Source: Candidatus Levyibacteriota bacterium (GTDB lineage Bacteria; Patescibacteriota; Microgenomatia; Levybacterales; GWA1-39-11). Taken from it: a stretch of 64,000 nucleotides of DNA. The translations under genes were made by a program, and so were the position numbers. Location of the stretch: NCBI GenBank assembly GCA_050255815.1, contig JBLMVJ010000019.1, positions 26-64,025 on the forward strand, written 5' to 3'. Positions 30,855-40,803 of the stretch are shown one piece after another (position 1 is the first letter of the stretch; each line of letters starts with the position of its first letter). The notes under the pieces were generated by a model that was given only the letters and a program-made list of their open reading frames with translations, made no database searches and was not told the DNA's origin.

Positions 30855-31771
30855 TTACTTTATCCCTAACATTCTGTTAATTAATTTTTTTGACCCTACT
30901 ACTGCTTTTATCCCCTCTATCCTTGCCACATCCTCATTATTTGAAATCACTCTGACCAGTTTTCCATCAATTCCTCTTTTTGACCCTTCGCCTGCTGCAT
31001 AATATGCAACACCATCTCCCTGCTTTAGCCTAACTCCGCCAAATTCAACCGGACCTACCTGCCCAAACAACGGCACAATTTCTCCATCAAAGCTCTCAGG
31101 AGAAAGCAAAGCAATACCTGCTGTTTGTGCTGCTGCCTCTATGATAAAATCTTCCGGCAAAACTTCAGGACTGTGGTCGTGCGAATATGCTACCGTAAGG
31201 CTTGAAATATTTGTTGTTTCATCCCCATTTTCATTTGTAATTTTGACATTATATGTCGCACTCTCTCTTGTTCTTTTCAATAATTCGGGGATAACGGTCA
31301 GCGAGTGTGTTCCATCAGCTAGAACAGGCCTATTAAACTGGGCAAGATCAAAACGTGCAAGTCTTGAAAAATGGCTATTTCCTGCATCCAGCTCTATTTC
31401 CTGTATAGCTTCAACTGCCGCTCTAATTTGTTTATGCCCGGGGAAAATAAGGGGAAAACCGTTTTTTATATTGAGATGACCACGGGCTTTTTCCGGAATT
31501 ACGGGAACTATTGCAGCAACTACTTTCCCTCCTTCAAAAATAAGTCCATCAGGATCTATCATAGGAAGTGCTCTGGGAAGTGTTACCTGATCTCCGGAAA
31601 CAATTCCTCTTCCTACCCCTACCGGCATACCTAAGATTTCAGCTCTTTGTAATGACTGTATTCCTATGGCATCCGGTGTTCCATACCACGTTCCCAGTGC
31701 TTTTTGTGCATCAATTAAACCGGTAAGGGCTCTTTCTGCAGATGTTTTTCCGGTTTCTGCTGGTTGTGTCA
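30855..31771 (-). CDS. Double hotdog-fold FabZ/FabA-like dehydratase (putative)
   Basis: LPRALPMID...GH...PLIFPG and a second PEDFIIEAAAQ...F...LKQGD resemble FabZ motifs; start taken at MTQPAE. Confidence 0.55.
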
Positions 31772-31789
31772 TATGAAGTTGAAGTATAC

Positions 31790-32659
31790 CTATGCGAGAG
31801 TGAGAATGTGTCCGCTTTCCGGAAGTGTTGCAAGAAATGGCATGCACCTGGCAATTTCTTCAGGTTTAAATTCTTTTCCGGCAGGAAGTACATCCACAAG
31901 GCTCTGTTTATTGTCTGCTGACATAGTAGATGTTAAATCCGTATCAGTTAACCCTATTCTAAAGATAGCTGTTTTAATGCCTCTGGGTCCATACATAGGG
32001 TCTTGGGCAGCGACTTCAGCAACTGCCTCCATAGCGCGTTTTGATGCGGCATAATTTATCTGTCCGGGGAATCCTTCCTGCCCAACACTGGAATTAAATA
32101 TAATCATCCCTCCCTGAGGATCTTTATTTTTCATCATAACCCTGGCTGCTGCCTGGGTGACAAAAAATGCACTATCAGCATTTGTCCTCATAACGTCATA
32201 CCATTCTTCCGGCTTCATTCTCATGGTAATATTGTCCCGGATAGTTCCGGCATTATTTATAACCACATCTATCCGCCCTAAGCCTTCCACTGCCCCATCT
32301 ATTAACTGTTTTGCTCCTTCCGGAGTAGAGACATCTGCCTGGATAAAAATAGCCTCTCCGCCCTTTTCTTTTATGTTCTCAACCAAACGGCTTCCTCTTT
32401 CTTCATCTCTTCCGTTAATAACAACTTTCATGCCGTATTCTGTTGCAAGATGAATTGCGGTTGCTGCCCCAATTCCTCTGGTTGAACCTGTTATAACAGC
32501 AATCTTTCCTTCTAATTCACTTTTTTCAATTCTGGGAAGTTGGTCAGGAGAAGAAATAAAAACACCTAATCTTTTTGCAACGTTTTCCGGAGTAAAAGAA
32601 AAATCTTTTTTAAGGGTAATGCCCTGAGGAACACCGGGACGTACGTCTGGTTGAGTCAT
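31790..32659 (-). CDS. fabG: 3-oxoacyl-ACP reductase (FabG-like SDR)
   Basis: TGSTRGIG, NNAGTIRD, GQINYAASK, TDLT. Confidence 0.85.
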   Translation of the reverse strand: MTQPDVRPGVPQGITLKKDFSFTPENVAKRLGVFISSPDQLPRIEKSELEGKIAVITGSTRGIGAATAIHLATEYGMKVVINGRDEERGSRLVENIKEKGGEAIFIQADVSTPEGAKQLIDGAVEGLGRIDVVINNAGTIRDNITMRMKPEEWYDVMRTNADSAFFVTQAAARVMMKNKDPQGGMIIFNSSVGQEGFPGQINYAASKRAMEAVAEVAAQDPMYGPRGIKTAIFRIGLTDTDLTSTMSADNKQSLVDVLPAGKEFKPEEIARCMPFLATLPESGHILTLA

Positions 32660-32810
32660 AGGTTAAAAAGAATACTACTCCTGGAAGAAAAAAGAGTCAA
32701 TATAGGATGTAAAACTCTTACATTTAAAAATTTGAAATATTTAATTTTAAAAATTGGTTAAGAATTAAAGTTCTAAATTAAAAATTTTCGAGGAACTACT
32801 GTTAGAGATT

Positions 32811-35279
32811 TTATCTCCCAATTGAGTCTTCTACTTCTTTAATCCGCACCGCGGTCTTGAGGACGGTGTCCGGATTGAGGGATATGGAGTCTATTCCCTC
32901 TTTTACTAAGAACTCTGCCAGCTCAGGGAAGTCTGATGGACCCTGTCCGCAAATTCCCACCTGCAGACCTTTCTCATGGGCTTTTTTAATGAGGGTGGAG
33001 ATTAACGTATGGACGGATTTATTCATTTCATTGCCAATATGCGCCACTAATTTAGAGTCACGGTCCAATCCTAATGTAAGCTGCGTCAAATCATTAGACC
33101 CTATGGAAAAACCGTCAAAAATATCCGCATATTCTTCTACCTGCAAAATGTTTGATGGGATTTCTGCCATCACCCACACATGGAGTCCCTCATCTAACTC
33201 TTCTTTGTGTTCTTTGTTGCGCTCATGATCATGGCTGAGTCCATGTTTTGCCATTTCTTCAATAACCTTTTTCCCTTCCTCCGGCGTCCTGCAGAATGGG
33301 ATCATAACCTGCAAGTTATGAAGTCCCATATCATTTCTTACTTTCATTACTGCCTTACATTCTAAAGCGAATGCGTCAGAAAACTGCGGATCAGTGTAGC
33401 GGCTTGCCCCGCGCCATCCTATCATAGGGTTTTCTTCATGCGGCTCAAATAGTTTCCCCCCAATAAGCCCGGCATATTCATTTGATTTAAAATCACTAAA
33501 TCTCAAGAGTACTTCGTGAGGATAAAATGCAGCGGCCATAATAGCAATACCATATGCTAACTTATCAATATAATAATCTACCCGGTTGTGGTACCCTGCG
33601 GTTAACTGGTCTATCTGCTTCTTAACTTCCTGGTCTTCTAAAGAGTCGTATTTTAATAGAGCATTCGGATGGATTTTAATAAAGTTAGAAATAATAAACT
33701 CTTCGCGGGCAAGACCAACTCCCATATTAGGTATAAAGGAATAGTTAAAAGCAAGCTCAGGGTCTGCCGCAATCATTTTTATTTTAGTCTTTGGCAGCTG
33801 GAACCCTGAAAGGTCTGTTTTATCTATCCTGAATGGTAAAATTCCTTCATAGACCACCCCGCGTTCACCCTCCGCGCAGGAAACTGTAATTTCCTGTCCG
33901 TTTGGTACTACCTTTGTTGCTTCACCGCAACCTACTATTGCAGGTATACCTAACTCCCGGGAGACAATAGCCGCATGGGAGGTACGTCCGCCTGAGTTGG
34001 TAACAATGGCTGAAGCTATCTTCATGATAGGCTCCCAGTCAGGGTCAGTAATTTCAGCAATCAATACTTCCCCTTTTTGGAATTCACTCAACTGGCTGGG
34101 GTCTTTAATAAACCGCGCTTTTCCCTGTCCAATTTTTCTTCCCACTGCCGCTCCGGTGATTAACTCTTTCCCTTTTTCCAAAAGCACACACTCTTCAAGG
34201 GACGTCCCGTCTTTTCTTGCCTGTACTGTTTCCGGCCTGGCCTGCACTATATACAACTCTTTTGTTTCTCCATCAAATGCCCATTCCATGTCCATAGGTT
34301 TCTGGTAGTGCTCTTCTATCATGAGACCCCAGCGGGAAAGCTGCAGGATATATTCATCTGAAAGAACAAAAGCCTGGCGGTCATTTGGGGGAACCGGAAC
34401 GTCTTTTGTAGGAGAGGTGCCCTCATTAGAATAAATAAGTTTCTTTTCTTTACTCCCTAATTTTTTACTGATAATAGCGTTGAAACCTTTTTTCAGGGTT
34501 GGCTTAAAAACCATAAACTCATCCGGGGTTACAATCCCTTTCACCACATATTCCCCTAATCCCCATGAACCATTTATCAGAACCACATCCCTGAATCCGC
34601 TTTCTGTATCCAGGGAAAACATCACCCCGGATGCGCCCCTATCAGAACGTGCCATTTTCTGGACTGCCACAGAAAGCGCTATCTTAAAGTGGTCAAATTT
34701 CTGGTCAACACGGTAGGAGATAGCGCGGTTAGTAAATAGGGAAGCAAACGCTTTTTTAATTGCATCCATCAGGGAGCGTTCTCCTTTAATATTTAAATAT
34801 GATTCCTGTTGGCCGGCAAAGGAAGCATCCGGCAAGTCTTCTGCGGTAGCAGAAGACCTCACCGCAACATCTAGGTCTTCTTTATTTATATTAAGCTTTT
34901 CTGCCATCTTTGCGTAAGCCTCTCCAACCGCTGCATTCATTTCATCCGGGAATATGGCAGACATGATCATTTCCCTGATCTTTTCGCCGGCTTGTTCTAA
35001 TTGTTTAATATCCTGGGTATTCAGACCATCTAGTACTTCTGAAATTTTCTTATCAAGCTGGTTCTTCTCAATAAAATATTTGTAAGAGTAAGAGGTTACC
35101 GCAAAACCGTAGGGTACTTTTATGCTTTCGTTTGGAAAAAGTTGGGATGATGCGTGGGTGAGGTTCTGGAACATTTCCCCCAGGTTTGCATTCTTTCCTC
35201 CTACCAGAGGTATATCATTCTTATTAATCTCATCAAACCATAATACAAATTGCTCTTCACGGGCAGCCATAATATCCAT
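32811..35279 (-). CDS. ppsA: Phosphoenolpyruvate synthase
   Basis: VGGKNANLGEM, AVRSSATAEDLPDASFAGQQ, GGRTSHAAIVSRELG, FSIGSNDLTQ. Confidence 0.97.
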   Translation of the reverse strand: MDIMAAREEQFVLWFDEINKNDIPLVGGKNANLGEMFQNLTHASSQLFPNESIKVPYGFAVTSYSYKYFIEKNQLDKKISEVLDGLNTQDIKQLEQAGEKIREMIMSAIFPDEMNAAVGEAYAKMAEKLNINKEDLDVAVRSSATAEDLPDASFAGQQESYLNIKGERSLMDAIKKAFASLFTNRAISYRVDQKFDHFKIALSVAVQKMARSDRGASGVMFSLDTESGFRDVVLINGSWGLGEYVVKGIVTPDEFMVFKPTLKKGFNAIISKKLGSKEKKLIYSNEGTSPTKDVPVPPNDRQAFVLSDEYILQLSRWGLMIEEHYQKPMDMEWAFDGETKELYIVQARPETVQARKDGTSLEECVLLEKGKELITGAAVGRKIGQGKARFIKDPSQLSEFQKGEVLIAEITDPDWEPIMKIASAIVTNSGGRTSHAAIVSRELGIPAIVGCGEATKVVPNGQEITVSCAEGERGVVYEGILPFRIDKTDLSGFQLPKTKIKMIAADPELAFNYSFIPNMGVGLAREEFIISNFIKIHPNALLKYDSLEDQEVKKQIDQLTAGYHNRVDYYIDKLAYGIAIMAAAFYPHEVLLRFSDFKSNEYAGLIGGKLFEPHEENPMIGWRGASRYTDPQFSDAFALECKAVMKVRNDMGLHNLQVMIPFCRTPEEGKKVIEEMAKHGLSHDHERNKEHKEELDEGLHVWVMAEIPSNILQVEEYADIFDGFSIGSNDLTQLTLGLDRDSKLVAHIGNEMNKSVHTLISTLIKKAHEKGLQVGICGQGPSDFPELAEFLVKEGIDSISLNPDTVLKTAVRIKEVEDSIGR

Positions 35280-35359
35280 GCTACAGCATTTTAAGAATTT
35301 GGTAAAGAGGCATTCTTACAAAGTAGGAAAAGTGCGTAATTTTGGGTATAATATCTCCT

Positions 35360-36325
35360 ATGCCAAAAGTCAGGAAAAGGGTAGGCCGTCCAAAAAAAAT
35401 ACCAAGAAAGCAGAAATCTGTAGTTAAAATTTTTGAACATGATTTTTACAGGCATTTCATGTATACCCTATTCCTCCTTCTCATATCATCCCTTGCCACC
35501 TCTTTTGTCTGGGCGGCATTTACCCAAAAACCAAATCCCGTAACTTCTCTTTTTTTGAAAAATGACGTTAAAAAACCTTTGGCAAATGGGTATAAGTATG
35601 AAGAAAAAGGAAGTCCATTTGATATCCATATTAATGATAAAAATTCTCAAGTTATTTTTAACGGAGACCGTTCTAAAAAGCGGATCGCACTTACCTTTGA
35701 TGCTGAAATGACTGATTCTATGAAAGCAGCTGTTTTGAGCGGCAAGGTTTCTTATGACAAACGGATCATAGATATTTTAAATAGGACACAAACAAAAGCC
35801 ACTCTGTTTTTAACCGGCATGTGGATAGAGTTGTATCCAAAAGAGACTGAAGAATTTTCCAGCAATCCACTACTTGAGCTAGGAAGCCATTCATACACAG
35901 ACAGTTCTTATGACGGGTATTGTTTTGGCTTAACGCAACTCCATAATAGGGTAAAAATTGAAGAGATTGGGGCAACGGAAAAATTATTGCGGGAACATGG
36001 ACATATAGATAATTTTTTGTTCCGCTTTCCCGGCGGCTGCTATAAACCGGAAGACATAAAACTGGTAAACCAGGCAGGTGACATAGTGGTGCACTGGGAT
36101 GTAGCTGCTGAAGATGGGTTTAATGAAAATACGGACTCTATAGTAAAAAACGTGGTGTCAAAAACACAAAACGGGTCTATTATAGTTATGCACATGAACG
36201 GCGGGCCTACCGCACCCAAGACGGCAGACGCGCTGCCGGAAATTATTTCCCAACTCAGGCAAAAAGGGTTTGAATTTGTTAAAGTAAATGAGCTGTTGAA
36301 CTCAGCACCTGAACCCAGAGGATAA
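35360..36325 (+). CDS. Polysaccharide deacetylase (CE4/NodB)
   Basis: ALTFDA, ATLFLTG, HSYTD, FRFPGG, IVMH; N-terminal TM. Confidence 0.85.
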   Translation: MPKVRKRVGRPKKIPRKQKSVVKIFEHDFYRHFMYTLFLLLISSLATSFVWAAFTQKPNPVTSLFLKNDVKKPLANGYKYEEKGSPFDIHINDKNSQVIFNGDRSKKRIALTFDAEMTDSMKAAVLSGKVSYDKRIIDILNRTQTKATLFLTGMWIELYPKETEEFSSNPLLELGSHSYTDSSYDGYCFGLTQLHNRVKIEEIGATEKLLREHGHIDNFLFRFPGGCYKPEDIKLVNQAGDIVVHWDVAAEDGFNENTDSIVKNVVSKTQNGSIIVMHMNGGPTAPKTADALPEIISQLRQKGFEFVKVNELLNSAPEPRG

Positions 36326-36330
36326 TCTGG

Positions 36331-36870
36331 TTATAAAATCTGTTTGAGCAGGTCAAAATCATGTTCAAAAACAATCTTAAATTTTTTAAATCTAATAGCG
36401 GCAGAAGGGTGGTACATAATGAAATATTTCCCTTCCTCCAACTTCCCGTGTTCTTTTGACACCTGCACATCACGTCCTAAAACCGCCAAGCATGCCACCC
36501 TTCCCATAGGTACTATGATCCTGGGATTAATAATAGCAACCTGTTTTTTAAAATGGATGAGGCCATGTTCTATGTCTGAAGGTTTTGGGGTTTTATATTC
36601 CGGCAAATACTTTACCGGACTCGTAATGTAAACATCCTCTTCTTTCAATCCAATCCGGCGAATATTTTCCCGTAATAATTTGCCTGAGCGGCCAATAAAC
36701 GGTCTTCCGGTTGCAGATTCATTTCTTCCGGGTGCTTCCCCAACAAACAAAATATCTGCATCCGGATTCCCTTCCCCCGGAACCGCCTGGCCTACTTTCC
36801 CTCTTTTACACTCGTCACAATGTTCTATTTCAAACGCAATCTTATCCAATTCTCTTTGCTTGCTATCCAT
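36331..36870 (-). CDS. Uracil-DNA glycosylase family 4
   Basis: CDEC, VGEAPG, GRPFIGRSG, YHPSA. Confidence 0.92.
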   Translation of the reverse strand: MDSKQRELDKIAFEIEHCDECKRGKVGQAVPGEGNPDADILFVGEAPGRNESATGRPFIGRSGKLLRENIRRIGLKEEDVYITSPVKYLPEYKTPKPSDIEHGLIHFKKQVAIINPRIIVPMGRVACLAVLGRDVQVSKEHGKLEEGKYFIMYHPSAAIRFKKFKIVFEHDFDLLKQIL

Positions 36871-36891
36871 TTCACACTATTCTAGCAGGTA

Positions 36892-39360
36892 CTACCGGAG
36901 TGTTGCACCCCCTACTATATCTGTTCCCCCTCTAATAACCACATCCTTTATTATAGTTGTCACTTTTGGATATGACCTATATGCATCAAGAGCTGACCCG
37001 TCACCATTAAAAATGGCTAGGCAAAAAGTTCTTGGATAAGAATCGTCCGTATTGTCAATTAATGAAAAATCAAATAACCCTGCATTATTATTTGCTAGTG
37101 TATTTTGGTGGTTGGTTATGTCTTCAGAATTATCACTTAACCATGTTTCAATATAGTCTTCTAAAATAGTTATATACCCGCTGTCGGAAGGGTCATTGCC
37201 TGATGATGAGATGAATGCATTATTTCCCCCGGATGAAGGATTAGGGTTATAAGCAATAGGTGTTCCATTGGCTATAGTGTCAACCGGACTATAAACTCCA
37301 TCGACACAATCTCCACTTACCGGCAACTCTGCATACTCTAACATCCAATCACCAGAATCAACCGCAAGTGTAGTACCTGAAGGACTATCCACATCTAAAA
37401 GCATTCTCAACCTGAAGGCTTTGCTTGGAGCATTTAACGTGGCAGGTGTATTTGCTGCAACATATGGATCAGAAGGATTGGGCCCATCAATATTTTCAAA
37501 AAACCGGTATCCTCCCTGGGACACAGATATTTGCGGGTTAAATGAAACAATCAGATTATCGCAGGTACCGCCTCCTGCATTATAAGTAACAGCGTCAGCT
37601 GTGGAAACCGGAGGATTATTGACAACTTCAGACCAGCTGCTATCAAATGTCCCACTGGATCCATTAAAACTTGAGGCTGAGTCGGTATAAGCCGAATGAG
37701 CTGTAACTGTCCGGGTTGAGGTTGCTGAAAATGCGGAGATAACCAGCACATCCGGATTGCTTGGTGTTAAGTTGGGGTTTGTGTTTTGATGAGCCCCGTT
37801 ATTACAAGTAGTAGATGCATTTAATCTGTTTCTTCTGTCTCTCACTGAACTGGTAGAATTACCGGAAAATTCCAAAGCCTGGACAGCAATAACCCCTGAT
37901 GAAGACGTAGAACAAGTAACGGTCGTTGACAATCCGGTGGGAGCAACTCTATAGTACATATAAATTCTTGGGCCTGAAGAATTATTGTAAGCAGAAGTCC
38001 ACCCGCTCTGGCTTGAAAATGAACTATTAGTAGTGCGGTAACAGATTTTGATAACTAAGTTATTTCTGGTAATTGGATTTGGCAATACGGCACTTACTGA
38101 CCTTCCGGAAGTAGTATTGTGCGCCTCCTGCACAAATTGGAAAATTGAGTCGGATGCAATTTTCCAAGCTTTTCCTTCACTGTAATTACCAATACGCAAT
38201 GGGCCTACTATATAAAATTCCGGGGATACCCTGGGAAAATGAATAGTATAGCGCAGAGTATATTTTTTTCCCTTTCGCCAGTCTACTTCCCATTGAACAG
38301 TTTTGTACTCATTCCCTTCAATCACTCTACCAAAGTTTCCTATATTAGAAATTGAAAAGCTTTCGGGCACGTAATCAGACACAATCCCTTTATAATCATT
38401 ACCCGGTATTATTACTGACTCTACCGGATAATCAACTGCAGGATAAATTCTTGTTGGAAAAAAACGCTCTATATTAAAGGCCGGATTCTCTTCTACGGTA
38501 AATGATGAATGAATACTCCTTTTCCCAAAAACGCTTTCTGCTTCCATGGTTAGTGTATATGTTCCTAATTCTTGTGCCTTAATCCCTGAATAAAAATCAG
38601 GCTTATTAGTGACTGAACGGTCTGCACATTCATTACTTCCCTTAATTGACCCATCCGTAGTCGACTGTTTTGTTATCTTCCCACTGGGACTCTCAATAGT
38701 CAGCCATATATGCGCTGTATTAAACTGGAGTTTTTCTCCGGCTATGCATTTTGTGTCCCCTAAGTCTCCCAAAACAACCATTCCAAGCTCAACTTGCTCT
38801 CCTTGCTTATAAACTGCCTTGTTTGTATTCACTGCTAGTACCCCCCAGGTAAAATCCTGGGATATAATTATGTCTTCATCATTAACTGACCTAACTTTTA
38901 CATGCAGGCTATACATACCGGGCTGGATACTATTCTGTGAAGGAGGTGAAAGCAAAAGAAGTTTGGACTGTAAATTCATTTTTTTATCTAAATCAATTTT
39001 TATATCCGCTTTAGTATTTTCAATATAAGCCTCAACGGATCCCTGCCTTTTTTCCTGGCTTAAGCTCCAAAAAGAAGAATATTTAGTACCTGAAAGGTTA
39101 ACCTCAAACTGGGGACGTGAAGTCAGTTTTATATCAAAGGCTTCAATTTTTCCTTGATCTGGATTTATTTTAATTACCTGTTTTGATTGGGGGATATAAG
39201 CTTTTGGTTTTGTTGTTTCCTTATGAAAGGAAAGGGTATAAAAAAAAACGAAAAAACAGGAAAAAATTATAGTAACTATTAAAATTGAAATCAGGTTTAC
39301 CTTATGCCTGCCTAAAAACTTTCCCACAAGCACATAATATTCCCTATGGTGGTGAGTCAA
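36892..39360 (-). CDS. Large membrane-anchored surface protein with Ig-like, Ser/Thr-rich domains
   Basis: N-terminal TM, FTWGVLAVNTNKAVY MG2-like segment, S/T/N-rich beta regions. Confidence 0.65.
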   Translation of the reverse strand: MTHHHREYYVLVGKFLGRHKVNLISILIVTIIFSCFFVFFYTLSFHKETTKPKAYIPQSKQVIKINPDQGKIEAFDIKLTSRPQFEVNLSGTKYSSFWSLSQEKRQGSVEAYIENTKADIKIDLDKKMNLQSKLLLLSPPSQNSIQPGMYSLHVKVRSVNDEDIIISQDFTWGVLAVNTNKAVYKQGEQVELGMVVLGDLGDTKCIAGEKLQFNTAHIWLTIESPSGKITKQSTTDGSIKGSNECADRSVTNKPDFYSGIKAQELGTYTLTMEAESVFGKRSIHSSFTVEENPAFNIERFFPTRIYPAVDYPVESVIIPGNDYKGIVSDYVPESFSISNIGNFGRVIEGNEYKTVQWEVDWRKGKKYTLRYTIHFPRVSPEFYIVGPLRIGNYSEGKAWKIASDSIFQFVQEAHNTTSGRSVSAVLPNPITRNNLVIKICYRTTNSSFSSQSGWTSAYNNSSGPRIYMYYRVAPTGLSTTVTCSTSSSGVIAVQALEFSGNSTSSVRDRRNRLNASTTCNNGAHQNTNPNLTPSNPDVLVISAFSATSTRTVTAHSAYTDSASSFNGSSGTFDSSWSEVVNNPPVSTADAVTYNAGGGTCDNLIVSFNPQISVSQGGYRFFENIDGPNPSDPYVAANTPATLNAPSKAFRLRMLLDVDSPSGTTLAVDSGDWMLEYAELPVSGDCVDGVYSPVDTIANGTPIAYNPNPSSGGNNAFISSSGNDPSDSGYITILEDYIETWLSDNSEDITNHQNTLANNNAGLFDFSLIDNTDDSYPRTFCLAIFNGDGSALDAYRSYPKVTTIIKDVVIRGGTDIVGGATLR

Positions 39361-39376
39361 TCTGTATAAAGTTGGC

Positions 39377-40630
39377 TCAATTTGACCGGATGAGGTGAGT
39401 AAGAACAGGGTTTATCTGATACGTTTTGTTTTGGACTACTATTAGTTTTTTTCCGAGTTTTGCATATACTTTTCTGTTAATTTTCACCATAGCGTCATAT
39501 ACCTGTCTCCAGTTTTTCCCCTGGTCATTATCCCCAAAAATATCTAATAGCTCATCAGTTTCAAAACGTCTTGCCGGTTTTTTAATAAGAGTTGTAAGTA
39601 AATAATACTGGTTGGTAGCATAAGGAATTTTTATTTCCGTCTCTGCCAGATTTAATATTCCCGTCTTGCCGGAAAAAGAAATATTGCTGGGCATAGTAAC
39701 TAATTTAGTATTTCTTTTTAGTTGAGATCCATATATCAAAAATGTAGCAACAACTAGCAAGCTAATTCCTAAAACGCTTTGCAATTTTATATATTCTAAA
39801 ACAAGGGAAAATATAGGGGAAAGATTTTCTCCAATTATTAAAATGCCTATAGGTGTATTATTTTTCTTAAGCACCTCTGTCTTTAATGCATACCATTCAC
39901 CGGTTGCTTTATCCCTCATGATCCTATCCTTGGCAGCACTAAATTCACGTTTCACATAACTGGGGTCAATAAAACTGGAAATCCTTCTCAGATTTGTTAC
40001 ATTAGTACTTTTTTTGAGGATAGCATTGTATTTATCAACTACAAGAAAGGCAACATCTGTGGGTAATTTCCGCTCATCTATCTTACTAACTTCTATAATT
40101 GAATTCTTCACCGTAATTTTTGAAAAAATTTTCTCCTTTGTCTCCCTTAATTTTGTGTCAATCTCATCAAGAATTTGCATAGGAGGATTTGTATAAGAAA
40201 CTGCAATCACCCCTATTGTCTTCCCATTATCCCTGATAGGCTCAGAATATATCCTTCTCTCTTGGTTTGTAATAGTATTGATTGTTTGTGGTTTTGTATA
40301 ATTTAGTAATAATTTAAAATCGGCGGTGTCAAGAAAGCCATGAATTGGACTTCTTCTGTCTATCACGAAACCTTCAGTAGAAATAAAGTACAGGGGAAAA
40401 CTTGCTAATAATGTAGGGTCTGAATTATAAAGAGAAAGATTCCATTTGCTATTATTAGTAAACACCGCATCTTTTTTTATCTGTGCTACCTTTACTGACA
40501 GCCGGTTTTTAATTACTCCGTATTCTATGCCGGCAATAATTACCATACTTAACAGTAGTTCTAAACAGAAAAGGAAAAGAGGGATTCTCAGGTATGCCAT
40601 GAATGCCTTTGAGGAAAAAGGTGATTCCAT
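39377..40630 (-). CDS. Membrane-spanning sensor with C-terminal winged-helix (one-component regulator, putative)
   Basis: TM, extracytoplasmic domain, TM, then LLTTL...DELL...VYDAMVKINRK...NKTYQI OmpR-like wHTH; no kinase motifs. Confidence 0.55.
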   Translation of the reverse strand: MESPFSSKAFMAYLRIPLFLFCLELLLSMVIIAGIEYGVIKNRLSVKVAQIKKDAVFTNNSKWNLSLYNSDPTLLASFPLYFISTEGFVIDRRSPIHGFLDTADFKLLLNYTKPQTINTITNQERRIYSEPIRDNGKTIGVIAVSYTNPPMQILDEIDTKLRETKEKIFSKITVKNSIIEVSKIDERKLPTDVAFLVVDKYNAILKKSTNVTNLRRISSFIDPSYVKREFSAAKDRIMRDKATGEWYALKTEVLKKNNTPIGILIIGENLSPIFSLVLEYIKLQSVLGISLLVVATFLIYGSQLKRNTKLVTMPSNISFSGKTGILNLAETEIKIPYATNQYYLLTTLIKKPARRFETDELLDIFGDNDQGKNWRQVYDAMVKINRKVYAKLGKKLIVVQNKTYQINPVLTHLIRSN

Positions 40631-40803
40631 AATGCATGGCAGATTATAGTAGAAATAACTCAACAATGGAAGGCTGCACCTTATTTGGTACTTTTGATTC
40701 TGTTTCCAAAGTAATGGCCATAGGGGGATTATAGTACAAATTAAGCTTTGGGGAAATTATTGAGATATTACAGTTACTGCAGATAAAGCTGCCTTTAATG
40801 AAT

